From NCBI RefSeq assembly GCF_036321535.1, contig NC_087437.1, positions 39,496,001-39,560,000 of the forward strand: a stretch of 64,000 nucleotides of DNA. Reading direction: 5' to 3'. The DNA comes from Camelus dromedarius. Taxonomy: Eukaryota. The position numbers and the translations under genes were made by a program. Below are positions 51,201 to 63,744 of this stretch, one piece after another. The notes below the pieces were generated by a model. It saw nothing but the letters and a program-made list of their open reading frames with translations, was not told the origin of the DNA and made no database searches. Each line of letters begins with the position of its first letter. Position 1 is the first letter of the stretch.

Positions 51201-53859
51201 TTAAGGAACTCCACACGACACTCTGAAAATGAGTGTTGATGTACATATGAATTTTTTAAAAGGACACAGACTTCTCCCATGGTTTGGAAAATCACCTTAA
51301 GAAAATTCTTAACTTTATAGTTCAGTGTTGTCAGTAGTATTAAAATAATTTAAATTGAAACTTGTTAAACTAAAAAATTAACATTGTTAGATATTTTAGT
51401 GTTACTGAGTCAAAAATATTTATTGGTAAAAAGTTATTTTTTAGGTCTTTCCATTACAGAATGAAATAGTATAATATTCTTAGGGAAATAATTGACCTTT
51501 TTTTTCTCAGTAATATCGACTGGTGGGTACTCTCTCCCTGTTCCATGGTGTGAGCACAAACAGGAAACACAAAATACACTTTTCTAAACTAGTTTGAAAT
51601 CTTTTTTCAAGAACTGGAACATATTTTGCATGTATGACTCTCAGCTGTTTGTTTGTTCTTAGACAGGATATAGCAGTAACTTCCTACAATTTTAACCCAT
51701 TTGAAAAATATATTTATTCAAAAAAGTCTTAACGGCAAAAGATAAAACCAAGAATTACTGAAACATTTGAAGCGGGAACTTTGAAAACATATGGTTTTAC
51801 ACTTTTTGCAAGGAAATTGTGCTTTTTTTCTCCAAATATCTTTGCAAATAACATAGAGCTCGTGATAAACAAAATGTATCTCGCAATAAAGGTCACATAT
51901 TAAGTAGGCAGTTAACCCAAGGTTTAATATTTCCCATCTTTTATAAATTTTTGGAAGTACTTTCAAATGTCAAAGAATAGCTCATTTATTTATATTTATA
52001 TAATGTTTAAGAAAGGATAATGCACTTTTAGTTGAGAAATTACTTAAGTGAAGTTATACAACTTGTGACTAACACCGTGTGCTTTTGTTTGTAAGAGAAA
52101 AAATACGGTTACGTACATTGTTGGGATGTATTTATAGAGCATTTTTATTGTTAGGTTATGCTTTTAGAGCTTTAGGAACATTTGAGAACAATAATCAGTG
52201 GTGTGTAATGGTATTGTTAGTGGAGTCCTTTCTATTGAATTTTCAAGATGTTGTAAAATGAGATTATGTGAGTAGCACCTCTGGACACTTTTTCCCATCA
52301 TTGTGTTGGTATCAATCGCTGACTTCCACCATTTCTCCGGGTATTAAATAGAAACACTGTTTCCCACTGCCTTGATTGGAGGGTTTATAATACATGACAG
52401 AACTGATAACCCTACTGAGATTAAGCATTGTAACCTTATGAAATCTAAATGAAACCTTCAGCTCCAGAGTGTCTCCAAGACAGGCATGAGAAGGTATAAG
52501 AAGTCTTTGATTTCTTATTTTGACAAAGCACTTCTCCCCCTAAGCATATCTGACCTAGAAGGAGAGTGAGAAGCCCCGTGTCTTCTTCAGTTTCCATCGG
52601 GGTCTGGCAGCCCTTCTACGGGCAGAAGCCACCTTTGCCAGATGCAGATGCTAACGCCTGGCTGCAGAAAGTGTGGCCCATGCTCACTTACTGCGGATGG
52701 ATGGCCAGCACACACCAGATCAGTCTGCAATTGGCAGGGCTTGGAGTAGCTGGAAACTGAAGTATGTATGAACAACGAGCGTCTATTCCTGGCTCTGCCC
52801 CTGAAGTCATCTACAACTATGGAAAAAGCCTTCTCACATTTGCCTCTTAGTTTCCCACACACACAAAAAAGAAAACAAAATTTAACAACTGATCATTGAC
52901 TCTCCTCTCTCTATAAGGATCTGGGATCGGATACTAACGTATCACTCAGTCTGATATACTAAGGGTGGTATAACAGTTCATCAGGCCTGGCTGCAGAGAC
53001 CGACAGGTCTATTTCCCATTATCAATTTTTGCAAGGTTATTTAAGTAAATGTTCCGACAGAAGGTCATAGGTTTTTAATTTCCCATTTCAACATTTGCAA
53101 AACCAATAGATCTATATCCAATCATTGTCATTATAAAGATTTTTGTTACATTTTTATCATTCTCACTGGTTATGGGCAATGCCTCATGATCAGAAGTGTA
53201 GAAATTGAATACCCTTTACTCTATCCAGACTCTTCAAGAATGCAGCTATTTCAAAGTAGCCTTGGAGAGTGCTTTGTTAGCAGACAACTGCTACCTATAC
53301 CTGAATTGCGTTTTAAAACTCTCCACCTCTCACTTACTGTCTTTAGGTATGTTGATCTTGCTTCCAAATCCACCAGATCCACCCAGTGTTCTCGTGGACT
53401 TAGACGCTTAGTTGCCACCCAGCTTCTATGAATTGCTGCCTGGTTTCTGGCTCAGGAATCCCCTTCCCTCTCTCAAAAATGTATGTTTTACAACTCATTT
53501 TGATACAGAGATGTCAGCTGACCCACTGGAAAGAATATAAGCTAAGGTGTGAGTAGCTGGTGACAACCTAATGCTGTAAAAGTGCATCTTCGTGTTGCCA
53601 GTTGACAGTGTTCGCAACCAAAGCAATCGTTTTTTCATATTTTTTTCTAGAAACTTACTTATGTTTTACAAAAAGTCTCAAATACAGAAATTTTTCTGAA
53701 AAAAAGATTTTTGTTGACTGCAGTTACAAAGCATAGCAACAGCCTTATGCTACAAGTTCTGAGCTTGCCAAATCATACATGAAGTATTTCATTTAATTCT
53801 ACCTCATTAATCTAAAAGGATTGACAAATCATAAGATATTCAGATAAGTATGACAGAAG

Positions 53860-54120
53860 AGGGGAGAGGTCTGAAAATCAAATCAGGAGCAATTAAATTA
53901 ACTATGGATGTTTTGTGTAGAAAAGAGAAGACTTGGAGATGAGACGCCCCCATGATCTGCAATGGACTGTGATCTCGGAGAGGAATTAGCCTTGCTCAGC
54001 ATGGTTCCCAAGAACCACCTAAGTTACAGGAAGAAAGATGCAGCTCAGTGTATACAATAAAATTCTATATCCTATGGAGCAGTTAAAAATGAGAAACTTC
54101 TTTATGAAAATATCTGAGAC
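53860..54120 (+). mobile_element. L3/CR1 fragment
   Basis: 'tagaaaagagaagacttgg...aagttacaggaagaaagatgcagctcagtgta'. Confidence 0.5.
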
Positions 54121-54229
54121 AGGTACCAAATGGCTTCAGTTATCAAAATCTTACTCTAGAATAATTTTTTAAGTAGATTATTGAGAGAAAAAAGATAAGG
54201 AGTCACTTACAGAACTCAATTCAATGGCA

Positions 54230-55460
54230 GGCAGTGCAGTCGGGCTTCCTAGAAACCAAAATAGTATTAAGTCTCCTCTCCTTCTCTCTTTCTCTCAGGA
54301 ACCATACAGACATCTTTCTCTTTCTCTCTTTAAAACTATTACATTCATCTCTCTGCAAACCTATTACATTTTTCTCTCTGCAGAATTCATTGATCCTCGG
54401 AAATCTCTGGTTTCTGGGCCTCCCCAATTTCAGCTTGCGTGTCGCTCTGGTTTATCACAGCAACGACTCTGTTACCATGTCTGCATTACCTTAGCAATCT
54501 AGGACCCAACAGCATCTCTGCCATTTCTGGGTTTTATGGTTCAAATTTTTCCAACAGGATTTTGTTGGTTCCCCTTGAGTCAATTTTCCCACACCTGATT
54601 CAATTTGTTGTGTTAAACATGTTTTTTCCAGGTACAAGACATTCAGCCAAGAGCTAGGACAAGGGGCAGATTCTTTTAGAGGAGCGTATAAGGGAGACAA
54701 TCGCTAACTAACATCTCTAGAAGATGATAGTGGAAGTGAAGCAGAGACTGAATAATCATCTCCTGACATTAATGTGACCTTACTTAGTCCATTACTATGT
54801 TCACCCTTAATGTCACCTTAGTCCAAGTCACCATTGTCTCTCACCTGAAACATTTCAAGTATTTCCTAAGTTGCATTGCAAACGCATCGTAAACCTATTT
54901 TCCACACTGCAGCTAGCACAAGTTTTCCAACCAGGTATGATCATGTCATCATGTTTAAAACAAGACTCATCAGGCTCTAAGTTCAAAATCAAATATCCTT
55001 CAAGAATCCACACCTGGGTCTTGCCAACCTCTCTGGCCTCATCATATATCACTTTGCTACTTGCTCTCAGTGCTCCAGCCATACGGTTTACTTTTAAAAA
55101 TGGAAATTTACCAAGTTCTATACCCCCTCGGGACCTTTGAACTTGCTACTTTGTGTACCAGGAACGCTTTGTTCTACCAGACTTCAGTTAAATAACTTCA
55201 ACTCAAACTTCACATTTCAAATTAAGTATTCTGTCTTTGGGGAAGTCACCTCCATTGAATATGTGCTCCGTGGCACATATGATAATGAAATATGATAATG
55301 ATAATGAAAGCTACCATTCTTACAACTTTCAGCTCAGCTGAATTCACTAGTTTGACGTCTGTTTTTCCCACCAGAGTATAAAATCAATGGGGACACCTGT
55401 TAAGGTCCAATGAGGACAGTACTTGACATAAAACATTATTCAGTAGATATTGTGGAGAAA
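54230..55460 (+). mobile_element. L2 3' region, fragmented
   Basis: 'ttagtccaagtcaccattgtctctcacctg', 'tccacactgcagctag' and 'gggacctttgaacttgctact'. Confidence 0.7.
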
Positions 55461-56734
55461 AACAAATGATTTGGAGAGATCTAAATCCAATACCAGGCAT
55501 TCTGAAGATGTGAAATTCTAACTTTCTTACGTTTTCAGAGACGATGAAAACTTCAAAGGTCTTAAAAACTTATAAATGTAGAGAAAGCAAGACACTTTGT
55601 GAAAACTTCTAAAATCAAAAACATACTTTAGAAAGTGTTAGATTATTTCTCCATGGAGAAGAAAAGCAATAAAAATTTTATGTGGGTTATGTTTGGTGTA
55701 ACTAAACATTGATATAAAGACACATCAGAGTTGCAAGAAAAGTAAGATTTTAATTCTTTCAAGAAATTGATATATCGAGTACTTAATACATGCCAGGGAC
55801 TATTCTGGATATTTTAGATAAAGGGTGAAAAAAATAGAAAATAATCCTTGCCTTCAAGGAGTTTATATTCTAGTAAAATAGCATTGTTAATCAAATGTAC
55901 AAAAATAGAAAAAAAGATGAATACAATGAAGTGTTCACCTAGACATGGCCAAAATTTTAAAACTTAAATATTTCTGAAGATGACTTATAAAACATTAGTG
56001 TTTTCTCTCCTATCCATTAGGGATAGGAGAATCTTCTAGATATTACATAGAGACACAAGGAAAAGATTTTGAATAAATGTTAAATCATGGGTGGTGGTAA
56101 CCTTTTCATAGATTTACCAATTCAGAGATATATATCCAAATAGGTAAATATTATTTAAATTTGGATAACTTAAATATTTCAAAGCAACAAAAAGGCTAAG
56201 ATTCTCATGCATCTCACACTAAATAATTCTACCAAGAAGGTGTACAAGGAATAAGTTAATTTTAGTGAGCCTGCCCCTCTTTGTTTCCTCTAACCCCCAG
56301 CTTGGCAACAGGGAGATTACGGAGAGACCGAGATGCCTACCAGGCCCCAGATCAGATCGGTCGTGAGGGTACGTGAGAAGCTAGGTGCCAAGAGCTGGAA
56401 AGAAACCGTGGAAAAAGGGGTGATACGATATCTCTTTTAATCCCTTTTGTTTTAATTCCAAGAGATTCTATGTTGGTGCAAGGCAAACAATAGACTCTGT
56501 AGCAGCAAAGTTCACAGCACAATAAGTGCTCCAAAATGGATGTCAAAGCAAAAGGAAGTCGGGCCACTTGGAAAACAGAATGTTGCCTTTCGTCTTAAAA
56601 TTCAAGCCAAATTTAACTCAGAGAAGACAATTCTGAACTTAACAGAGGTCTACAGCTTCTCACATTGCTCCTGTCAAAACCCACAGATACATCTAACAGA
56701 GGTCATCAATGTAATATCTGATGACACTAAGAAG

Positions 56735-57180
56735 TCCATTCATTCATTCATTTGGCAGACATGTATTGATGCCTACTGTAGCTATCAGGTACAGTTTAGG
56801 GCACTAAGGATAAAGAATGGAATGCAACAAACTCTGACCTTACACAGAGTACAAGCTAGTATGGGAGATAAACATAGCAAATAAATAAATACACTTCTAG
56901 TATAATGTCAGATAGTGACAGTGCTATGAAAGAAAATGTAACAGTGTAAGGAGGTAGAGGGCACTAAGAAGGGGCTTTTAGGATAAGATGGGCAGGTCTG
57001 ACTTGTCTGTTTAGGTGGCATTTATGCTGCAGAGCAGTGAGCTAGGAGAAGCACGTTCAGAGACGTGTCGAGAGGGAGCTGGAGTTCAGATAATGAGCAC
57101 GTTAAGGACCATGGTAGGATATTGTGGTGGTTTGGATATGAGTAATAGGAGGTGGTGAAAATAGCCAAGTTGTGGAGAGA
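56735..57180 (-). mobile_element. L2 3' end
   Basis: 'ccattcattcattcatttggcagacatgtattgatgcctact...ataatgtcagatagtgacagtgctatgaaagaaaat'. Confidence 0.85.
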
Positions 57181-57244
57181 GAGAGATAGAAAGAGAAAGT
57201 AGGTATCTTTCTATCTACCTATCCACCTATCTATTCAGGCTCAC

Positions 57245-59702
57245 AAATAGAATTTTGGTGCTAGATCTCTGCTGTCCAATTGGCATTGAAGACCCCATTA
57301 AGGATGATAAAAGGAGCACCAGTGACACGTGACTTGCAGTACTGGTGCAATTGTTAAAGTGGTCACTGGTGGTGACCTTGGAACTGTGCTGCCTGACAAC
57401 AACGGGGAGGAGAGGGGCCAAAATGATAACAGAAGCAAGATGGGAATTAATTATTGTGATGAGCACCAAGGTTGGTGAGGCAGGTGGGAGTGCATCTAAT
57501 AGTTACTGAAATGCTTGCTTTTCACCTTTCGCAAGTGAATGATGGAAGCTCAGGTCTGGGAACTGGGCAAAGCATGGATCCTAGAGGACGATGATAAACT
57601 ATTGAAAGCTCAAACAAGTAGTAGCCCCGCTTACAGCTGCTGTGCCTGATCTGGTGTCTTTGCTGGAGCAGTTTAATAAAGCCTCAGATGCATTCAATAG
57701 GGCCGCTGACCTGGTAAGTGCATTCATTTCTAATCTCATCAGAAAGGAAGATCAGGAACAGTTCACATTCACTTGAGACAGTCAACAGTGTGAATGTATT
57801 ATCTTGTCCTCAGAGTTATTTTAACTCTCTTATCCCCCGTCAGAGAATCATCCAAAAACCTGCACCACATATATATTCTGCAGAAAATGACATGGATCCA
57901 ACATATTGATGATGTCATGTTAACTAGACAGAATAATCAAGTAGCAGCAAGTGTATTAGAGATCTTGGTAAGACACATGCCTTCCAGGTTGGAAATAAAC
58001 CCAATGAAGATTAAGAGATCAGTCAATCAGTGAAGATCTTTGAGATGCAGTGTTCTGGGACACGTCAGAATTTCCCATCGGATATGTTCATAGATGGGTG
58101 AAGTCAAACCATTTATGCAGGCCCAAAATGAATGACAACTGTGCTACCGTCTCACGAATAGGTAGCACTGAAACAGATGGGTGATAGGAAGTGTGTCCAG
58201 TGAGAAGAGCTTTGGGCAGCATTCGTGGTCATCCTGCACACCAGATCACCCCCTTTGTATTAAAAAATTAGTAGTTCAGATTAGAACATATACAGCCTTG
58301 TAATTAATTTGATTGGTTATTCTGGACCCTGATGGAGAAAGACTGGCAAGTAAGGGACAGGGAGGTTTAGGGAAGAGGAATATGGATGGATTAATGTGAG
58401 TGGTCGTGAATACGAAGGTCTTTGTATCACATAATGTCACTCAAAAGACAGCATCTGGCAGAGAAGAGACTTTAAACAACAATATAGAAAAAATGACTCA
58501 GTGAGCTGACATCACCCTTCCTGTCATTGGCAGCACCCGTTCCTGCACAATACATGCAAGAACGGAATAAAAGCATGGGAGGGCGGAGGTACTGCACGGG
58601 ACTGAGAGCACCAGCTTTCCCTCATTGAAGCTGATCTCACGACCACCACTGCCAAATGTCCAAAGTGCCATCAGTGCAGAATAACATTGAGCCCTCTGTA
58701 TGGTACCATATTTCAAGGAAAATAATTTTGGTGGAAAGTTGCTAATATTGGACCACTTAACCTATACTCAACATATATTCTAACTATGGAGTTGCCTTTT
58801 TTGCTTGGGGGCTTCAACTAGCACCATGAGCTGAGGGCATGCAGAGTTTCATTACCAACATGAGATCCTACACAACATCACATTGGATTGAAGGATACTC
58901 TACAGCAAAGGAAGTATGGCACTGGGCACAAGACCCTGGGACCCACTGGGCATATCCCACGCTACACCACCTAGCTGGCCTGACAGAATGATGGAAGAGG
59001 ATAGTTAAGGGACCAGCTTGGAAATGATGCATTTAATACACAGAATACCTAAGTCCAAAATCTAAGGAGTAGAAATAGGAGTGGTCCCACTACAATGATT
59101 CAATGACCTGGGGATTTTTGTACCTTCCATACCTGCAGGTTTAGAGGCCTGCTTCCCAGAAGGAAGTACTTTCACAAGGAAACATTACATTAGACTTTAA
59201 GCCACAGCTACTGCCTAGTCACTTTGGGCTTGTCACATCAAGATACCGGCAGCAAGGAAAGAGATGATGATGCTAGCAGGGATAATTAACCCTGATCATC
59301 AGGAGAGGGAGAGCTGCCATTACACAGAGGAGGCCAGGAAGAATATGCTTGGTACTCATGTGCTCTATTTTGGTGTTTCTTGATATGTCTTTGTCAGTTT
59401 TGATGGTAAATGGAAAAGCACAGACCAAGAAAGTCATGGTGACCACAAGATCAGACCTCTGAGAGATGAGAGCCTGAGTCATCCTCACAAGGTAATTCAC
59501 CTACACCAGCATATAGACTAAGGGGGTTTGAAGTGGGTGATAGAGGGGGGAGAAGAGGAATATCTGTTACAGCCTCAATACCAGCTTCAGCAGTAGCAGC
59601 TGTAGTCCGTCTTGCTAACAGTTTTTCCCAGGAAAAATATGTCCATCAGAATCATGAAGGAGCTACTCCCAGAAAATGGTTCTGAGCCATGCCAAGAGTG
59701 GT
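57245..59702 (+). mobile_element. Degenerate class III ERV internal region (ERVL, HERV16/ERV3-16A3-like)
   Basis: gag N-terminal remnant ~57245-57385, RT ~57540-58080, RNaseH from ~58080, integrase Zn-finger (…ADLTTTTAKCPKCHQCRITLSPLYGTI ~58630-58710), dUTPase remnant (…QLLPSHFGL… and LAGIINPDHQ ~59190-59330). Multiple stops, frameshifts and deletions. Confidence 0.9.
57590..58033 (+). pseudogene. pol: ERVL reverse transcriptase remnant (frameshifted)
   Basis: Translates across frames as KLKQVVAPLTAAVPDLVSLLEQFNKAS…ADL…RKEDQEQFTFT…PQSYFNS…WIQHIDDVML. HIDD at 57902-57913 corresponds to the YxDD motif. Confidence 0.9.
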
Positions 59703-60106
59703 CTCTATGGAGGCTGTGATGTGCTATGTCCATTTCCCACTTCAGCACGAACCATTCAGTCCCTCAGATACTGGAAATTGCCCTCAGATGAAAGGAGCCA
59801 CCTTACCCAAGACCATGTTCCCTTCTCAGGACCAGCCCTCATCCAATGACTGGTTGATGCCAGATATAAAAGACCAGCCCCTTGACACAATTTGGGACAA
59901 CTCTAAAGGTCATCTTAGCTCCAAAGCACTTCACAAAATAGATTGAGGTCTTTGTTATAACCGCACCACAGTTCCATTCTTCTCCCCTGCTCTGGTCCTA
60001 CCTCTTCCCTTCCAAAGGGACTGATTCCAAGAACTTGGAATAATAAACTTCCTGCATACAAATCTCCATTTCAAAGTCTTTCTCAGAGATCCCAACCTAT
60101 ACCACA
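59703..60106 (+). mobile_element. LTR16-family 3' LTR of the ERVL provirus
   Basis: 'ccaatgactggttgatgccagatataaaag', AATAAA 60042, and the end 'aataaacttcctgcatacaaatctccatttcaaagtct...cccaacctataccaca'. Confidence 0.85.
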
Positions 60107-60114
60107 GGATGAAG

Positions 60115-60330
60115 TATTATTATTATTATTATCATTATTATTAGGCACTTAGTATATGCTAATTTAATTTCACCCCCCCAAAAAAAATAAACTGTAAGGT
60201 TAACATTAAAGCCAACCTATTACAGTTGAGCAAAGTGAGACTTAGAGAAGTTAAATGCCTTATCAAACATCACACGGTCTATAACTGGTGGAGTCTGGGT
60301 CTGAACCAGCGCAGCAAACTTCTCAAGCCT
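60115..60330 (-). mobile_element. MIR SINE
   Basis: 'ttacagttgagcaaagtgagacttagagaagttaaatgccttatcaaacatcacac'. Confidence 0.8.
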
Positions 60331-60403
60331 GTGCAGAATTTTATGAACATCTGAGTATTGCTATCAGAGGCAATCTCAGGAACAAAGATATAGCTACATA
60401 GGT

Positions 60404-60450
<47 letters not shown>
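60404..60450. repeat. (GATA)11 tetranucleotide microsatellite
   Basis: Read directly. Confidence 0.97.
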
Positions 60451-62049
60451 GAATAGACATAGATAAACTGCACAGAGTATTCCATAAAGGGTAGTAGTGA
60501 ATGGTGACTGGCCATAAGGAGAGGTAGGAGGAAATAAAGCTGAAAAAGACAGAGAAGAGTTCAAATTGGGATAAGCCAAGAATGCCACAGGAGACAGGGC
60601 TTACCCTTAAACTGAAACAGTTTTGTAAAATTCTCAAATGATACTCTTATCCCCCCAAAGAAAAACCAATATGGCTTCTTGACAAAGGGAAAGCTAATGG
60701 AGAATTTACATGTGTCTCTTAATTCTGTTATATCTTTGCCAGGTATGAGAAAAGGCAGAGGGTGGAAGGAGAAGGGGATGGCAAGAGCATAAAAAGAAAT
60801 CCCAAAGCCCCCTCTCCAGGGCTTCTGGGGCGAAGGTGCCAGTCGTGGAATGCCGCACTCCTACCCTCCTGTGTTTATTCAGCCCTGGGGCTGAGGTTTG
60901 CCTTGGAGTTGTAACCTTTATAAGGGGTTTGCTTAATGACAGAATTATTCAGCTGCATACCTCACCCCAATTAGAAATAGGCTGTTTGGATTCTAATTGG
61001 CCTTGACACAAGTCTGCTTAAAGAGATTCCCCAAGAATTATAGAGCTACTTTCAGAGTTTGACTTGGCCAGGAATGTGAAATGTAACACGGTTTTTTGAA
61101 TTTTCTGCACTTACCATGAAACGACCAAGCCACAGGTATCAAACATGCTTTGTTTTTGTGTTATAATCACATTACAAATTGAACATTTCCACATGTGCAA
61201 GTTGGCAAATCTAAAATGAATGATTATGAAGATTGTAATTACATAGAATCAGGTATATGTGGCCGACATATTTTCACTCACACAAGAGTGTATTTTCTCG
61301 ACTCCCTAGACATCCATGTATAGTGTGTTTATAGGATGTAAAACCATCATCCTATACATAAACCAAAAATGTGTATTTTTAAACAGTTATCGCCAGGTCG
61401 GGTGATAAGTCGGCATAATATTTGGAAGGTGCAAACACCAGGAAGGGATAGAGATCCTTAAGTTAACCATGAGGAAATGACTAACTATAATAGGTTGAAA
61501 TCAAGAAGAATATAATTTGGATGAAATATCAAGAGGAGAAGAAAAAAAAAAAAAAAGCTTCCTGGCTACAATAACTGTTAGGCTATGAAATAATTCCTAA
61601 GGGAAGTGGAGATCTCTTCCTTACCCTGGGCTTTGGAAATGAGGCATGCACTCTTGGAGCCCCTTATAACAAGCCGTTTTGCTGGGGGGGAGAGGAAGGA
61701 GATCCTTTCTGTTTCTATTTTCTGTGACTTAATATTAAGGAAAAGTCTCAAAAATGATCATGTAATTACCCATTAAATGTTCACTGAACCACCTTCAAGC
61801 AAGATCTTGCGTTTACCTTGTAGTGAACGTTATGTCTCCAGTTCCTTCAGAGCCAAGAAAAACCCCACAGCCGTGCAGTTTGTAGCAACTGGAATTTTTT
61901 TTATTCCAAACTTAGCTTGGTCTTGACGGCCACTTGGTGGTCTTGCTCTCATCTTTGAGCCCCTCTCCCTGCTACTGCGGGGGAGATTTTTCTAAGAAAA
62001 GCAACCATTTTCATTAGGATTTCTCTCCTCAGCCCCTTTCTCTCCACAG

Positions 62050-63480
62050 AGACTCAACCTTGACCACCTTCTCTCTACAGGGACTGCTTCTTAATTCCCA
62101 GAGAAAAATGAAAGCATAAAGCATGAGCTCTAGCAAACTCCCTCTCCACCGACAAATCCCCCCGTATCCATGATTTCCCTCCCTTCCCGTGGAGGCCAAG
62201 GCCCTCTCTCTGTCCCTGCATCCTGACCCCAAGGGTCTCCTACAGGGACTTGCTCTGTCGATCACTCACTCTTTTCAAGCTCTCAACTATCCCCCAACCT
62301 TAGTTTCTTCCTCCACGCATGTAAATATGCTTTTGTTCACCCTTTATTTTGGGGGTGCTTCTCCAGTCATCTCTCTCGAAGGCAGACCACACTGTAGGGC
62401 CAAGGGATAGCCATGGGGGGTTGTTGGCAGGGAAAGAGGCACGGGTGGAATTTGGGCTGACAGGCTGGGTGGCCGTACATATGGTATGTTTGCAGGGTTC
62501 CTATGTATGGAGGTTGTGGGGTGGGAGCCAGATAGGGCTCCTGTAGGCTGGGAGGCTGGGGTTGCCCTCTCCAAACTACCACAGTCCAAAGCAGAACTCT
62601 GAGGAATCCAAGAGTTCAGAATTCAAGCCTGGCCTTTCCTTTGGTTATACAGGCACATTTGTCAGACAGTAGAACGTTATTTAACAATTTGTCTTATTGG
62701 TTCACAGCTTTTAGATATTAGACGTGTGGTATGTTTGCCTCCGTTGATACTCTGGCCTGGTCCTTGTTAACATAAAAGGTGTCTTGCCTCCAGCTACTGT
62801 AAGCTGGCTTCCCATATTCACCATTCTCTTGAAACATTTATTGTTAAAGTCATAGTTCTTTCCATTTGATGCTACTAGCCAATTGCTCCTCCAGACTCTC
62901 CTCCCTCAGCATCCCACGGCTGGCTCCCAGTTTCCTCCGTCCTCTCTGCCCTTTCCTGTTTGTCTTTCATGGGGGCTTAGCCCATCATCAGTCATCGAAA
63001 TGGTAATATTTCCCAGAGTTCCGTCCTTGGGCTTACTTTCTTCTCATTCTACATTCTCCCCCGTCATATAGATTTTTAGTTCCAAATCTATAACTTACCT
63101 CAGTGGGTCTCAGACCCATTTTCCTATATCCAGACAATTCTATCCATTGAGCAGTTCTTATCTCTCATGCACCTCAGGTTTAAAGTGGCCAAAATTGAAC
63201 GGGTTATTCATTCTCCACCCTTTTCACGCATGTCCCTCCCACTCCTTCCTCACTCCTGCAAATGGCACTACCTTTACCTGGTTCCCCAGACGAAACTCTG
63301 GGAGCTATACTCGAGTGTGCTTTTCTTCCTGTCCCATATCGAGTCCTTCACCAAGTGCTATTGACACTACTTCTTAAATCCCGATTGACTGCCAGTCCCT
63401 CCCCTTCATTCTTCCAGACAGTTCTTCGGAGATGATTAGTTTTTAATAGATATCCACCACTTCTCCCATAGACGATTATA
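62050..63480 (+). mobile_element. Fragmented L2 interrupted by MER115/Zaphod
   Basis: L2 blocks such as 'cccagagttccgtccttgggcttactttcttctcattctacattctccc' and 'gcacctcaggtttaaagtggccaaaattgaac'. Confidence 0.65.
62372..62788 (+). mobile_element. MER115/Zaphod-like hAT-Tip100 element
   Basis: 'atttaacaatttgt...gcttttagatattagacgtgtggtatgtttgcctcc...tactctggcctgg' resembles the MER115/Zaphod terminus. Confidence 0.6.
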
Positions 63481-63492
63481 ACTGTTCCCAGA

Positions 63493-63740
63493 TTCAGTTT
63501 TTATCATGCTGAAGATGAGATCCGTAAGTGGTTATGAAATCCTTATAGTGGGTCATGATCAGCACCTTAAAAAAAAAAAAAAAGAAGAAGAAATAGAATA
63601 GAATGGAATAGACTAGAATAGAAAATATCAGAGCGAAGTGCATGAGTTAAAGGAAAATGCTGTTTACTGCAACCTTTGACTCACTTATATTTATGTATAT
63701 ACCTATTCATACATACAGATATGTAGGTGGTATGTATCAC
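63493..63740. mobile_element. hAT-Charlie non-autonomous element fragment
   Basis: 'gtggttatgaaatccttatagtgggtcatgatcagca...aatagaatagaaaatatcagag'. Exact MER family uncertain. Confidence 0.55.
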
Positions 63741-63744
63741 CTAG

